64,000 nt of DNA. It comes from Acidobacteriota bacterium (GTDB taxonomy: Bacteria > Acidobacteriota > UBA6911 > RPQK01 > JAJDTT01). The stretch spans positions 4,544,001-4,608,000 of the forward strand of contig OZ253580.1 in NCBI GenBank assembly GCA_965263035.1, in the 5' to 3' direction. Shown piece by piece: positions 9,530 through 19,734 of the stretch. The notes under the pieces were generated by a model. The model saw only the letters and a list, made by a program, of their open reading frames with translations, did no database searches and was not told the DNA's origin. The position numbers were made by a program, and so were the translations under genes. Position 1 is the stretch's first letter. The number at the start of each line of letters is the position of its first letter.

Positions 9530-10576
9530 TTGAAATCGCTATCCTCCTTTCCCCGAAGAACCTATGTCACGGAGCCGACGCCCCTTCAGGCGGCCCCTCG
9601 CCTGTCGAGATTGCTGGGTGGCCCGCAGATCTACATCAAACGAGACGACCTGCTGCCGGGCGCAGGCGGCGGGAACAAGACCCGAAAGTTGGAGTTTTCC
9701 ATCGGTGAGGCCCTGGACCAGGGCGCGGATACCCTCATCACCAGCGGGGCCATTCAATCCAACCACTGCCGCCTGACCCTCTCCTGGGCTCGGGTGGAAG
9801 GTCTCGAGTGCCATCTGGTGCTGCAGGAGCCGGCGCCCGGCGCCTTCGATCCGCAAGCCGGCGGCAACAATTTCCTCTACCGGTTGTTGGGGGTGGACAG
9901 TCTGCGGATCGTCTCAGGACGGGGACAGGCGGCGCCCGCCATGGAGCAGGTCGCCCGCGAGTGCCGGGAGCGGGGACGAAATCCCTATTTGATTCCCGTA
10001 GGAGGGTCCAACGCCGTCGGCGCCACCGGTTACGCCGCCTGCGCTCTGGAGTTGATGTCGCAGTTCCGGCAGCAGGATCTTCAGGTGGACCACTTGCTGG
10101 TTCCCAGCGGGAGCGCCGGGACCCAGGCGGGCCTCCTGGCCGGCCTCTGGGGCGCCGGTTCCTCGCTTCCCGTGACCGGCGTCAATGTGAGCCGGGGCCG
10201 GGAACCGCAGGAGCGAAGCGTCTACGAACTGGCGCTGCAGACGGCGTCCCGGTTGGGCATCGAATCCCCACCGCCCAGGGAGTCGGTGGTCTGCAACGGC
10301 GGCTACGTGGGCCCAGGGTACGCTCTCCCGACACCGGCGATGATGGAAGCGGTCGGGCTCGTGGCCCGGTCCGAAGGGATCCTCCTGGATCCGGTCTGCA
10401 CGGGCAAGGCCATGGCCGGGACCATCGATCTGATCCGCAAGGGGGTGTTCCGAAAAGGACAGAAGGTGGTCTTCATCCACACCGGAGGCTCGCCGGCTCT
10501 TTATGTCCACATGGACGCGTTCCGGCGGCGGTTCCCTCCGCCCCCCGCGATTGACTCTGCGGGAAACAAGCGATAG
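9530..10576 (+). CDS. dcyD: D-cysteine desulfhydrase family PLP enzyme
   Basis: IKRDD, GGNKTRKLEF (PLP Lys), QSNHCR, IPVGGSN, SGSAGTQAGL, FIHTGG; DPVCTGK instead of DPVYTGK. Confidence 0.88.
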   Translation: MKSLSSFPRRTYVTEPTPLQAAPRLSRLLGGPQIYIKRDDLLPGAGGGNKTRKLEFSIGEALDQGADTLITSGAIQSNHCRLTLSWARVEGLECHLVLQEPAPGAFDPQAGGNNFLYRLLGVDSLRIVSGRGQAAPAMEQVARECRERGRNPYLIPVGGSNAVGATGYAACALELMSQFRQQDLQVDHLLVPSGSAGTQAGLLAGLWGAGSSLPVTGVNVSRGREPQERSVYELALQTASRLGIESPPPRESVVCNGGYVGPGYALPTPAMMEAVGLVARSEGILLDPVCTGKAMAGTIDLIRKGVFRKGQKVVFIHTGGSPALYVHMDAFRRRFPPPPAIDSAGNKR

Positions 10577-10608
10577 GCGAGCGCAGAAACCCGCACGGCA
10601 AATTCGGG

Positions 10609-12057
10609 TTAAACCAGGATCTCTTCCACGACCCGGGCGGGAAACTGGTCGGTCAGGCGCTCGTCCAGTCCGTGACGCCTGTAGACCAGGTCGCGGTAGT
10701 TCATGCCCAGCAGGTGCAGCAGGGTGGCGTGGAAGTCGTGGACGCTGACCCGCTGGTCCACGGCCTTGTGTCCGATGTCATCGGTCCCCCCGTAGGTGAG
10801 CCCCCCTTTGACGCCGCCGCCGGCCATCCAGATGCTGAAGCCGTCGGGACCGTGGTCGCGCCCGTCGGCGCCCCGGTCGGCGACTTGGGACAGGGGCATT
10901 CTCCCGAACTCTCCTCCCCAGATCACCAGGGTCTCCTCCAGCAGGCCGCGCCGCTTGAGATCCTTGATCAGGGCGGCCGCGGGGCGGTCCGTCTTGCCGC
11001 AACTGTAGGCCAGACTCTTCTCCAGGTTGGTGTGGGCGTCCCAGATCTGGCCCTCGATGAAGATCTGGACGAACCGGACTCCTCGCTCCACCAGCCGCCG
11101 GGCCATCAGGCACCGCTTCCCGTAGGAACGGGTCAGCTCGTCGTTGAGGCCGTACATCTCCCGAGTCGCCTCGTCCTCCTGGGACAGATCCAGGGCGTCC
11201 GAGGTGGCCAACTGCATTCGGGCGGCCAGCTCGTAGCTGGCGATGCGGGCATCGAGTTCCGGCTCCCGGGGCCGGGCGTTGCGGTGCGCCAGGTCGAGGC
11301 GCCGCAGCAGCGCCCGCTCCGCTTCAATCAGGTCGCCGGGCAGCTTCCGCCGCGATTCCAGGTTGAGAACCGGCGGCCCTTCGGAGCGAAATCGGGTTCC
11401 CTGGTAGACGGGTGGAAGCCAAGCCGACTGCCAGTTCTGTTCCCGGTTGATGGGCAGCCCCTTGGGGTCGTCCAACACCACGTAGCCGGGCAGGTTCCGG
11501 GTCTCGCTCCCCAGTCCGTAGACGACCCATGAGCCGAGCGAGGGCCGATTGGGCAGGGTGCGGCCCGAGTGCATGAGATAGATGGCCGGCTCGTGGTTGA
11601 AGTGTTCCCCGTACATGGAACGGATCAGGGTGATGTCGTCCACCACCTCGCCCAAGTGGGGCAGGAGCTCCGTGAGCTCCATGCCACAGCGCCCGTGCCG
11701 CTTGAACTCGTAAGGCGACGGGAGCAGCCCTCCCACCTGGTCGGCGAACTCGATCTTGTTGAGGATGTCCCTTGGGGGCGCGCTTCCGGCAAGTCTGGCC
11801 AACTCCGGCTTGGGGTCGAACAGATCGACCTGGCTGGGCCCGCCGTTCATGAACAGGTGGATCACCGATTTGGCCTGGGGCCGGTAGTGGGGAGCGCGGG
11901 GTTTCAGGTCATGGGTTCCGTTGCCGGCCAGAGCCGGATTGGCCGGGAAGAGATCGTCGCCCAACAGGGTGGCCAGGGCCGTTGCGTAGAGCCCGTCACC
12001 GATCCTGGAAAAGAATTCCCGCCGGGGGAGGTGTTGTTTATCGGGTGATTTGTGCAT
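10609..12057 (-). CDS. DUF1501-domain protein
   Basis: Likely start ATG 12057 (MHKSPDKQHLPRREFF, Tat-like); AKSVIHLFMNGGPSQVDLFDPKP, WDAH, GEFGRMP, GRDHGP. Confidence 0.9.
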   Translation of the reverse strand: MHKSPDKQHLPRREFFSRIGDGLYATALATLLGDDLFPANPALAGNGTHDLKPRAPHYRPQAKSVIHLFMNGGPSQVDLFDPKPELARLAGSAPPRDILNKIEFADQVGGLLPSPYEFKRHGRCGMELTELLPHLGEVVDDITLIRSMYGEHFNHEPAIYLMHSGRTLPNRPSLGSWVVYGLGSETRNLPGYVVLDDPKGLPINREQNWQSAWLPPVYQGTRFRSEGPPVLNLESRRKLPGDLIEAERALLRRLDLAHRNARPREPELDARIASYELAARMQLATSDALDLSQEDEATREMYGLNDELTRSYGKRCLMARRLVERGVRFVQIFIEGQIWDAHTNLEKSLAYSCGKTDRPAAALIKDLKRRGLLEETLVIWGGEFGRMPLSQVADRGADGRDHGPDGFSIWMAGGGVKGGLTYGGTDDIGHKAVDQRVSVHDFHATLLHLLGMNYRDLVYRRHGLDERLTDQFPARVVEEILV

Positions 12058-12067
12058 GGTCACCGGC

Positions 12068-14971
12068 CTAATCGATGTAGGAGAACTCCGCCGACGTGAG
12101 CAGTGCGTGAGACACGGATGCCAGCGCCGACCAGTGGGCCGTGGTTCGGCGCGGCGTTTCGTCGTTTTCGTTCTCCAGGTGGTGGGTCCATTGCTCCGCC
12201 AGTTCGGAGAGGGAATCCAGGGACATTCGGATCTCCTCGGGAGTGGGTTCCCGGGAGAGGACCCGCAGGTAGAGCTCCCGGATCTGGTCCTCCGCCCGAT
12301 CGGGATGCGCATCCACCAGGCGGCCCGCCAGATGGCGGGAAAGCTTCCGGGTCAGGTACCCGTTCATCAACTGCAGGGCCTGGGGCGCCACGTTGGAGGA
12401 GATTCTCTCGGTGCAGTTGGGCGCCATCTGCGGGGCGTCGAAGAGATCCAGAAAGGTCATCCGCGTGAGGCGCCGTTTCTCGGTGTAGATGGCCCTTCTC
12501 CACCCCTTCTTCGATCCCTTGGCAACGACTTCGCCGTCGGACATCTTTTCCACCGGTTCGGCCGGACCGAACCGGTCCGGGTCCAGCCGGCCGGCGGCGT
12601 GCAGCATGGAGTCGTACAGGACCTCCGCTTCCATTCGCCGCAGCGACATGCGGGACCAGAGGTGCCCTTCCGGATCGGCGCCGCCTTCGGGACCTTGGCG
12701 CGAGTTCTGACGGTAGGCCGTGGAGGTCATCATGAGCCGGTGCAGCGATTTGAGGCTCCAGTCCTGGTCCACGAACCAGGTCGCGAGCCAGTCCAACAAC
12801 TCCGGGTGCGAGGGCCGGGCGCCGGTTCGGCCGAAGTCGGCCGGCGTGGCGACGATTCCCCGGCCGAAGTGATGCATCCAGACCCGGTTGACCAGGACCC
12901 GGGAGGTCAGGGGATGGTCCGGATGGACCAGCCAGCGGGCCAGAGCCAGGCGGGTGCCGGTGGTGTCGGTTCGCTCCGAAGGGAGTTCCGGCTTGTATTC
13001 GGGCAGGTTCGCGCGGAGGACCGAAGGCACTCCGGGATAGACCCGCTCCCCGATGGTCTCGGCGTTGCCGCGCCGCAGGACGTAGGCCGGGGAGCCCTCG
13101 CCGCCCATGTCGAACAGAGCCCGGATGGCGGGTTTGGCCCGCAGCTTCTTCTTGAGGTCGGCCAGAGCCTTGTTGTACTCGTCCAACGGGGCCTTGAACT
13201 GGTCATCTTCGAGGGGCAGCGCCTGGTCGCTCACCTTCAGGGTCTTGCGGAATCGGCGTTGCAGGTATTTCTGAACCGAATTGCGTTCTTCCTCCGGGGT
13301 CTTCAGCAGGGTGCGGAGGTCCTGCCGGAGGGCTTCGGGCAGGGCTGCCAGGCGGGCTTCCAGGATCTGGTTTCGAAGCGGCTCCGTCTTGGCCTTCCAG
13401 GCTCGCTCCAGGTCATCGATCCGCTTCCGGATGGGAGCGTTGTGGCGCTCCGTCTCCTCGATCTCCTGCGGGTCACCGACCTTCAGATAGCGTTGGGTCG
13501 GGTCCAGCCAGTCATAGGGGTCGTATGCGCTCTGGAAAATGGCGCTGAGGCGGTAATAGTCCTGCTGCGAGATGGGGTCGTACTTGTGGTCGTGGCAGCG
13601 CGCGCATCCCATGGTCAGACCCAGGACCGACGAGCCCAGCACCTGGATCTCGTCGTGGATCACGTCCATCTTCTCGGCCAGGGAGGCGTTCGTCGGCGAG
13701 TCGGTGGGATCCGAAGCGAGCCTGAGAAAGCCGGTGGCGGCCAGCGACTCCAGCACGGCCGGCGTGACCTCCTTCTTGTAGTCCACCAACTCGTCTCCGG
13801 CCAACTGCTCCAGCAGGAACCGGTCATAGGGCTTGTCCTGGTTCAGGGAGCGGATCACGTAGTCCCGGTAGCGCCAGGCCTGGGGACGGAAATGGTCGGC
13901 GTGCTTGATCCCCTCGGTATCGGCATAGCCCGCCACGTCCAACCAGTGCTGGGCCCAGCGCTCCCCGTAGTGGGGCGAGCTCAACAGGTCCTCGATCATG
14001 CGCTCGTAGGCGTCCGGGGACCCGTCCTTCAGATAGGCTCGGGCCTGGGCCGCGGTGGGGGGCATTCCGATGAGGTTCAGGTAGGCTCGGCGCATGAGGG
14101 TGAGGCGATCCGCTTCGGGAGAGAAGCTCAGGCCGTGGGCTTCCAGTTTCTCCAGCAGGAAGGCGTCGATGGGATTCCGGACCAAGTTGCCGTGAGTGAC
14201 TGTTGGAACCGGAGGTCGTTCAGGAGTCTGAAAGGACCAGAATCGGCGGTCGCCCTCGGTCAGGGCGAGATCGGCTTCCCGGCTCGGGTCAAGAGGCGGG
14301 TCGGCGAGGGCGCCGGCTGCGATCCAACGGCGCAAGGTCTCCACCTCCTCGGTGCTGGGAGGCCGCACCCGGTATTTGAAGAGGAGGTGTTCCGGGGGCA
14401 TCTCCTCGCGCACGATGCGCTGAAACAGAAGACTGGCTTCGGGGTTTCCGGGAACCAGCGCCGGACCCGACTTGCCGCCGCGGAGTCGCCCGGCCTGCGT
14501 CCTGAGATCCAGACCCCCTTCCTGGGCCCGCTTGCCGTGGCAGACTACGCATCTCATGAGAAAGATGGGCAGCACGTCCTTCTCGCTGATTCCCCCGGAA
14601 GCCAATGCCGCGTGCGCCTGCCCCAGCCGGTCGATCCAGCCGCGAATGGCCCCGATCTCCTCCCGGCTCAGCGCGTCGTCTCCGGGAGGCATGGTTCCGG
14701 AGACCACCTTGTCCAGCAGCAGGCTCCGATCCACCGACCCTGCGATGACGGCCGGACCCGACTTGCCGCCCTTCAGGATCGATGCGGCTGTTCGGAGGTC
14801 CAGTTCGGCCTGAGGCGCGGAATCGCCGTGACAGGTCAGGCAGCGGCTCTCGAAGATGGGAAGGATCGAAGACTCGAAGACGTCGGATCGAGACTCGCCG
14901 GCTCCGGAAACGGGAGCGAACAACAAGGGAGCGAGCCAGATGAGACGGCGGCAGACCCTGAGGAATGCCAT
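12068..14971 (-). CDS. Protein with two PSCyt1 cytochrome c domains + DUF1549 + DUF1553
   Basis: CLTCH, CVVCH and CARCHDHKYDP motifs; HYGERWAQHWLD; PSHPELLDWLA; signal peptide after ATG 14971 (ORF could extend to 15019). Confidence 0.9.
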   Translation of the reverse strand: MAFLRVCRRLIWLAPLLFAPVSGAGESRSDVFESSILPIFESRCLTCHGDSAPQAELDLRTAASILKGGKSGPAVIAGSVDRSLLLDKVVSGTMPPGDDALSREEIGAIRGWIDRLGQAHAALASGGISEKDVLPIFLMRCVVCHGKRAQEGGLDLRTQAGRLRGGKSGPALVPGNPEASLLFQRIVREEMPPEHLLFKYRVRPPSTEEVETLRRWIAAGALADPPLDPSREADLALTEGDRRFWSFQTPERPPVPTVTHGNLVRNPIDAFLLEKLEAHGLSFSPEADRLTLMRRAYLNLIGMPPTAAQARAYLKDGSPDAYERMIEDLLSSPHYGERWAQHWLDVAGYADTEGIKHADHFRPQAWRYRDYVIRSLNQDKPYDRFLLEQLAGDELVDYKKEVTPAVLESLAATGFLRLASDPTDSPTNASLAEKMDVIHDEIQVLGSSVLGLTMGCARCHDHKYDPISQQDYYRLSAIFQSAYDPYDWLDPTQRYLKVGDPQEIEETERHNAPIRKRIDDLERAWKAKTEPLRNQILEARLAALPEALRQDLRTLLKTPEEERNSVQKYLQRRFRKTLKVSDQALPLEDDQFKAPLDEYNKALADLKKKLRAKPAIRALFDMGGEGSPAYVLRRGNAETIGERVYPGVPSVLRANLPEYKPELPSERTDTTGTRLALARWLVHPDHPLTSRVLVNRVWMHHFGRGIVATPADFGRTGARPSHPELLDWLATWFVDQDWSLKSLHRLMMTSTAYRQNSRQGPEGGADPEGHLWSRMSLRRMEAEVLYDSMLHAAGRLDPDRFGPAEPVEKMSDGEVVAKGSKKGWRRAIYTEKRRLTRMTFLDLFDAPQMAPNCTERISSNVAPQALQLMNGYLTRKLSRHLAGRLVDAHPDRAEDQIRELYLRVLSREPTPEEIRMSLDSLSELAEQWTHHLENENDETPRRTTAHWSALASVSHALLTSAEFSYID

Positions 14972-15112
14972 GGCGTTCCCTGAATTAGGCATCATCGAGA
15001 AGCTCCGGATTGCGGCCATGATACCGGAGGTGTCTGGTGAACGCGAGAATCGGCCGGGACACTTACTGCCGCTCCGAGTCCCGGTGGAGCGGATTCGTCC
15101 GGTTTGGCTTCG

Positions 15113-16093
15113 TCAGAAGATTCTCTCGTCGGCGCTGTGGGCGTGCAGATGGTCGACGTGGTGGTGTTCGGTACATCCGTCCGCCGTGTACTCCAACTGA
15201 ATCGTGATGTGGTGAATGCCGAAATCATCGGCTGCGATCTCCCGCAGGCGGCGCCGTCAGGAATTCCAGGTCTTGGAACTCGGGATCGACCAGGACGTGG
15301 GCCGTGAGCACCTCGTAGCCGGGGACGAGGCTCCAGACGTGGATGTCATGGATCAGACCGACGCCTTGCACCTCTTCCATCTCGCTGCAGAGCCGGTACA
15401 GGTCGATGTGTTTGGGTACCCCCTCGAGCAGCACGTGCACGACTTTGCCGATCAGACGCCAGGTGCTGAGCAAAATAAGGGCGCCGATGATCACGCTCAC
15501 GACGGTGTCCGCATGGTCCCAGTGGAAGGCCCACACCAGCAGGCCCGACACGACGACGCCGACGGTTCCCAGCAGATCGACCATGACATGCCGGAAGGCG
15601 CCTTCAATGTTGACGCTGTGCTTGGACGAGCGGTGGAGGACCCAGGCCACCGAGAGGTTGACCAGCAGGCCGACTGCGCCGAAGGCGAGCATGACTTCGC
15701 CGTCCACGTGGTGATGCGCATCATGCGTTCGTTCGTAGGCCTCCGTGATCAGCCACCCGGCGACCAGCCAGAGGGAGAGGGCATTGAGCAGGGCAGCCAG
15801 GATCTCCAGGCGGCGGTACCCGAAAGTCCGTTGGGCGGAGGCGGGCCGAGTCGAGAAGTGGAGGGCGGCCAGGGCGAAGCCGATGGAAGCGGCGTCCGTC
15901 ACCTTGTGTGCGGCTTCCGCCAGGAGCGCCAAACTTCCGGAGGAAATGCTGCCGGCGAGCTGGATGACCATATAGCCGACGGTCAAAACGAGCGCGACGG
16001 TCAGGCTGCGCCGGCTGGCGCCGTGCAGATCGTGGTCATGTTCCCGGGTCCGTGATGATGGTGGTCGTGATTGTGATGAGGTGCGTCCTTCAT
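15113..16093 (-). pseudogene. czcD: Second CDF/CzcD paralog with two frameshifts
   Basis: ATG 16093 gives MKDAPHHNHDHHHH; shift near 16045 into EHDHDLHGASRRSL; shift near 15256 into RRRLREIAADDFGIHHITIQLE...stop 15113; colinear with 5464..6453. Confidence 0.8.
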
Positions 16094-16216
16094 CTGGTTC
16101 AAGTCGACGAAATTGTGCTGTAAATTACCGATTAAACTCAATATTGTTGTCGTAATCAGGTCAATGTCAACTGTCGATCAGTGGCGGTTGTTGTCATTCG
16201 TGAGGAATCGGGCATC
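16094..16216. promoter_or_regulatory. AT-rich divergent promoter region between czcD-2 and the TonB receptor
   Basis: Local AT-rich tract with CAATATTG palindrome between divergent metal genes; no clear regulator box. Confidence 0.4.
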
Positions 16217-18682
16217 ATGGCGCAAGTTCTCGTGGAACCTGACCGAGGCAGTGGCTTAGGCCTCAAGTTTCTACCGTTCTGGATCGTCTTGCTTTCACCG
16301 GCGCTCCAACCAATGGCCACGGCGGAATCCCATGGTGCGCTGAAGGGCACCGTAACGCTCAAGGAGACGGGCGAACCCCTGCATCACGTCAGCGTGGCGA
16401 TCGAAGATCTCGGGCGCAGCACGGTGACCGAACACGACGGCGCCTACGAGTTCGAGGGGGTGCCCCCCGGGACCTATCATCTGGTGGGCCATCTGGACAG
16501 CCTGTTCACCGAGGTCCACACGTCCGTGACCATCGACGCGGGGACGACGACGGAGGCGGACATCGTATTGGAGTTGTTGCCTCGCAGATACGAGGTGACG
16601 GTGACGGGACATGAGGAACACGAGACCGTTTTCGAGGCTTTTCAGAGCATCGAATCGTTGGGACCGTATGACTTGGCCGAGTCGGCCAACGTCTCCGTGG
16701 GCGAGTTGTTGGACCACAAGGTGGGCACTGGAATCGCCAAGCGGGGTTTCGGACCGGGTGCATCCCGGCCCATCATCCGCGGTTTCGACGGCGACCGGAT
16801 CTTGATTCTGGAGGACGGGGTCCGAACCGGGTCCTTGGCCTCGCAGTCGGGAGATCATGGGGAATTGATCAACCCGGCGCAACTGGAGCGGATGGAGATC
16901 GTCAAGGGTCCGGCCACGCTGCTCTACAGTGGGAGCGCCATGGGGGGGACGGTCAATGCCATCAGCCGCCATCACCAGGTTCATCACCACCCCCACGAGG
17001 GCGTCCGCGGTTTCGTCTCCGGCTCGGCTGGGACCACCAATGCATTGGGCGGGGTCAACGCCGGGGTAGAGTACGGCGTCGGCGAGTGGTTGTTCTGGGG
17101 CCAGGGCGGCGGCGTCCGAACCGGAGACTACACGGCGCCCGGGCAGGGCACGATCTTCAACTCCCGCTCGAGGATGACCAACGGAGGCGGCGGATTCGGG
17201 TTCTACGGCGAGAAGATGTTCTTCAGCCTGGAGACCAAATTTGACGAGGGGCAATATGGCGTCCCCTTCGTCCAGGACTACCACGCTCATCTTGGCGAGG
17301 AGGACGGGCACCACGACGAGGAAGAGGGCGATCACGATGAGGAGGAAGGGGATCACCACGACGAGGATGAGCACCACGAGGAAGACGAGCAGGGGCACGA
17401 GGAGATCGAACGCGTCCAAGTCGACACCCAACGCCGAACCTACCGTTTCAACTGGGGGTTGAAGGAACTGGGCGGCCCCGTCGACCATTTCGTTCTGAGA
17501 TTGGGCTACACCGACTGGTTTCAAGAGGAGGTGGAGTTCCTGGAGCACGATGAACGACTCGTGGGCACCGAGTTCGACAACAGGCAGTTCACCTACCGGG
17601 GGGTCTTCGAACAACGGGAGTCGGGACCGTTGAGCGGTCGCTTCGGATTCTGGGGACTCGCGAGAGACTATTCGGCCTCGGGAGAGGAAGCGCTGGCGCC
17701 TCCGGTCGACCAGAGCGCATTCGCGGTTTTCGCCTTGCAGGCCCTGGATTTCGAGCGCTTCAAGATCCAGCTTGGAGGGCGCCTGGAGACTCAACGCTAC
17801 AACCCTGCCTTCGGCCTCCGCGGTCCCGCCGGCGGCGAGGATGACCATCACGCCGAAGCAGACGATCACGAGATGGAGCACGAGGACGACCACGACGACG
17901 AGATCGCCGAAGCGATCGAGAGGACCTTCACCGGAGCCTCCGCTTCAATCGGAGTTCACGCCGAGACCTGGCACAGTGGGGCCTTCGTCGCCAACTATGC
18001 CCATTCGTATCGGGTTCCCTCCCTGGAGGAGCTCTACAATTTCGGGCCGCATGCCGGGAATCTCGCCTTCGAGGTCGGCAACCCTTCGCTGATGGCCGAG
18101 ACGGGCGACGGGATCGAGTTTTCGTTGCGCCACGAGGATGAGCAGGTGCACGGCAGCGTGAGTTTCTTCTATTACGTCTTCCAGGACTTCATTTTCCCCT
18201 ACGCTCCGGGGCGGGAAGAGAGTGGGCTGACGGTGATCGAGTTCACCCAGCGCGATGCCCGCTACGTGGGGGCGGAGGCGAGCCTCGACATCCGCCTGAA
18301 CCCGAGCCTCTGGCTCGACCTGGGCCTGGACCTGGTCGACGCCCAGGACACGAACACCGGTACGCCGCTCCCACGAATCCCGCCGCTACGGGGCAAGATC
18401 GGGTTGGACCTGAATCTCGGCGGATTGCGTGTCCATCCGGAGTTGATTCTGGCCAGTGAGCAGAACCAGACTTTTACCGGCGAGACCCGGACCCCCGGCT
18501 ATGGCGTCGTGAATCTGAAGGCCTCATACACCTACGCTCAGCAGCACGTGGCGCATCAGTTCGCGGTGAACGTCTTCAACCTGGGCGATCGCCTCTACCG
18601 CAACCACTCCTCCTTCATCAAGGACCTGGCGCCGGAGATCGGCCGCGGCGTGCGGGTGACCTACATCTTGCGGTTCTTCTAG
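16217..18682 (+). CDS. TonB-dependent receptor, ZnuD-like, with N-terminal carboxypeptidase-regulatory-like domain
   Basis: FGPGASRPIIRGFDGDRI, EIVKGPATLLYSGSAMGG plug; His/Glu/Asp-rich loops; GPHAG; C-terminal Phe. Confidence 0.88.
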   Translation: MAQVLVEPDRGSGLGLKFLPFWIVLLSPALQPMATAESHGALKGTVTLKETGEPLHHVSVAIEDLGRSTVTEHDGAYEFEGVPPGTYHLVGHLDSLFTEVHTSVTIDAGTTTEADIVLELLPRRYEVTVTGHEEHETVFEAFQSIESLGPYDLAESANVSVGELLDHKVGTGIAKRGFGPGASRPIIRGFDGDRILILEDGVRTGSLASQSGDHGELINPAQLERMEIVKGPATLLYSGSAMGGTVNAISRHHQVHHHPHEGVRGFVSGSAGTTNALGGVNAGVEYGVGEWLFWGQGGGVRTGDYTAPGQGTIFNSRSRMTNGGGGFGFYGEKMFFSLETKFDEGQYGVPFVQDYHAHLGEEDGHHDEEEGDHDEEEGDHHDEDEHHEEDEQGHEEIERVQVDTQRRTYRFNWGLKELGGPVDHFVLRLGYTDWFQEEVEFLEHDERLVGTEFDNRQFTYRGVFEQRESGPLSGRFGFWGLARDYSASGEEALAPPVDQSAFAVFALQALDFERFKIQLGGRLETQRYNPAFGLRGPAGGEDDHHAEADDHEMEHEDDHDDEIAEAIERTFTGASASIGVHAETWHSGAFVANYAHSYRVPSLEELYNFGPHAGNLAFEVGNPSLMAETGDGIEFSLRHEDEQVHGSVSFFYYVFQDFIFPYAPGREESGLTVIEFTQRDARYVGAEASLDIRLNPSLWLDLGLDLVDAQDTNTGTPLPRIPPLRGKIGLDLNLGGLRVHPELILASEQNQTFTGETRTPGYGVVNLKASYTYAQQHVAHQFAVNVFNLGDRLYRNHSSFIKDLAPEIGRGVRVTYILRFF

Positions 18683-18710
18683 GAGTCTGCGCGGTAGATA
18701 AATTTCTGTC
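18683..18710. mobile_element. Collapsed 28-bp MITE footprint with CTAG duplication
   Basis: CTAG|GAGTCTGCGCGGTAGATAAATTTCTGTC|CTAG matches the two ends of the 159-bp MITE. Confidence 0.75.
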
Positions 18711-18761
18711 CTAGCCCGTCCCTGCCACTCCGGCACCGCGACCTCTGGCCGTACGTCGTCC

Positions 18762-19415
18762 GTGTCATTCTGTAGAGCCGTGTTTTCGGGTCATCCTTAC
18801 ACGACGCTCGAGGCGCCGGACATCCGCGCTCTTGCGGCGGAGGACCCGCGAGGTTTTCTGAGACAATTCCCCCACGGGGCCATCATCGACGAAGTACAAC
18901 GCGTCCCGGAGCTTCTTTCCTACCTGCAGGGCATCATCGACTCCGATCCGGAGTCCGGTCGTTGGATTCTGACCGGCTCGCAGAACCTCTCCCTGCTGAA
19001 GTCGGTCAGTCAGTCGCTGGCGGGACGGACGGCAGTCCACCACCTGCTTCCGTTGAGCCGCAATGAGATCGTGCGTTTCGATCGGCACCCACAGAGTCTC
19101 GAGGAAACTCTCTTCGCCGGAGCCTATCCGCGGATATTCGATCGAGGCCTGCACCCGGCGGACTGGCTCCGTTCGTATGTTGCGACCTATATCGAACGGG
19201 ACGTGCGGACCATCAGCAACGTGGGAGATCTCCCCACCTTCCAACGCTTCGTCCAATTGTGCGCCGGCCGCACGGCCCAGTTGGTCAACTACTCGTCGTT
19301 GGCCGACGACTGCGGCATCTCCCAACCGAGCGCCAAGGCTTGGCTCGGCATTCTTGAGACCAGTTTCCTCACCTTCCGCCTGACGCCATTTCACGCCAAT
19401 TTGCGCAAGCGGCTA
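18762..19415 (+). pseudogene. AAA_14/DUF4143 ATP-binding protein fragment
   Basis: IIDEVQRVPELLSYLQ, LTGSQ, QSLAGR, GAYP, TYIERDV, PFHANLRKRL; Walker A and DUF4143 C-terminus absent. Confidence 0.8.
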
Positions 19416-19509
19416 GACGCGACGAACAATAGACTGTCCCTTTCTATCACACTAGGATCGTGTACACTGAAGCCGTGTATACTTCCCCATGAAAGTAGAG
19501 ATCTGATAG

Positions 19510-19734
19510 ATGAAAAACATTACGTTGAGTGCCGACGAGAACCTGATTGAAGCGGCGCGCCGGCGTGCTGCTGCGGAGCACACGACGTTGAACGAGCGGT
19601 TTCGGGTCTGGCTCGAACACTACGTTCGACGCGAGCAGCAGGCTGCCGAGGCCATGAGAGTGATCCGCGAACTGCAAGGCCGCATATTCACCGGAGGACG
19701 CACGTTCACTCGGGATCAAATGAATGAGCGTTGA
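19510..19734 (+). CDS. Antitoxin (DUF6364/RHH-like)
   Basis: MKNITLSADENLIEAARRRA...TLNERFR; overlaps the PIN gene. Confidence 0.8.
   Translation: MKNITLSADENLIEAARRRAAAEHTTLNERFRVWLEHYVRREQQAAEAMRVIRELQGRIFTGGRTFTRDQMNER

Noticed and set aside
12050-14983. 977-aa plus-strand ORF, and similar long antisense ORFs (16295-17893, 31785-33377, 39032-40624, 54334-55872, 62481-63980)
   Set aside because: Antisense shadows of well-supported high-GC genes; no recognisable motifs
16100-16180. Zur/Fur box
   Set aside because: Only a weak half-site-like match; cannot be assigned by eye
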